Shown here one piece after another: positions 63,854 through 64,000 of a DNA stretch of 64,000 nucleotides (position 1 is its first letter; every line of letters starts with the position of its first letter). The stretch comes from Carcharhinus longimanus (lineage: Eukaryota). The stretch lies in the NCBI GenBank assembly GCA_030264375.1, contig JASCQW010000081.1, forward strand, positions 56,936,784 through 57,000,783, read 5' to 3'. The notes below the pieces were generated by a model. The model had not been told where the DNA came from. It saw only the letters and a program-made list of their open reading frames with translations, and searched no databases. A program made the translations under genes and the position numbers.

Positions 63854-64000
63854 CAAATCTTGGAATGTAAGCTTTCTGGTCTGGGGATTTGCTGGATTTC
63901 AGCTCCTCAAGTTTCTCCAGTACTTCTTCTCAGTTAATATTCTTCTTCAGGTGTCATGCCATGAGAGGGTGTTCGCAGCCATGGATTTCTTGCTCCATGG

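Larger units (their letters stand above)
62720..63920 (-). mobile_element. CR1 LINE fragment interrupted by two SINEs
   Basis: Antisense RT motifs (cccagaactgatccttgtggcactcc = GVPQGSVLG; caccttatcaaataccttttggaaatcc = DFQKVFDKV). Confidence 0.7.

Overview
Vertebrate genomic DNA, almost certainly from a shark or other elasmobranch (HE1-type V-SINEs, Deu-SINEs, CR1/L2/Rex1 LINE remnants, Penelope elements), from a gapped assembly with several exact 100-N and 10-N runs. Two protein-coding genes lie on the minus strand. (1) A complete KEAP1 of the Keap1b/tetrapod type: five coding exons at 41100-41642, 33763-34448, 32844-33049, 31721-31897 and 22547-22695, giving 586 aa from the first ATG of the open frame, with a CpG-island promoter/first exon near 54.0-54.9 kb and a poly(A)-signal cluster at 21681-21787. 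(2) The first three coding exons of an SSBP3-like (SSBP2/3/4, LisH/LUFS) gene at 1119-1174, 714-786 and 413-474. The most striking observation concerns KEAP1. An upstream in-frame ATG (41705) is separated from the main ORF by a single UGA that aligns without gaps to human KEAP1 Cys23 (Q-UGA-P vs Q-C-P), and the 3' UTR has a SECIS-like stem-loop (AUGA-N12-AAA...UGAG, 22007-22081). Together they suggest UGA recoding (Sec or Cys) of the main redox sensor. This is unproven; a plain uORF-rich 5' UTR is the competing explanation. Human comparisons are from recalled sequence and need checking.
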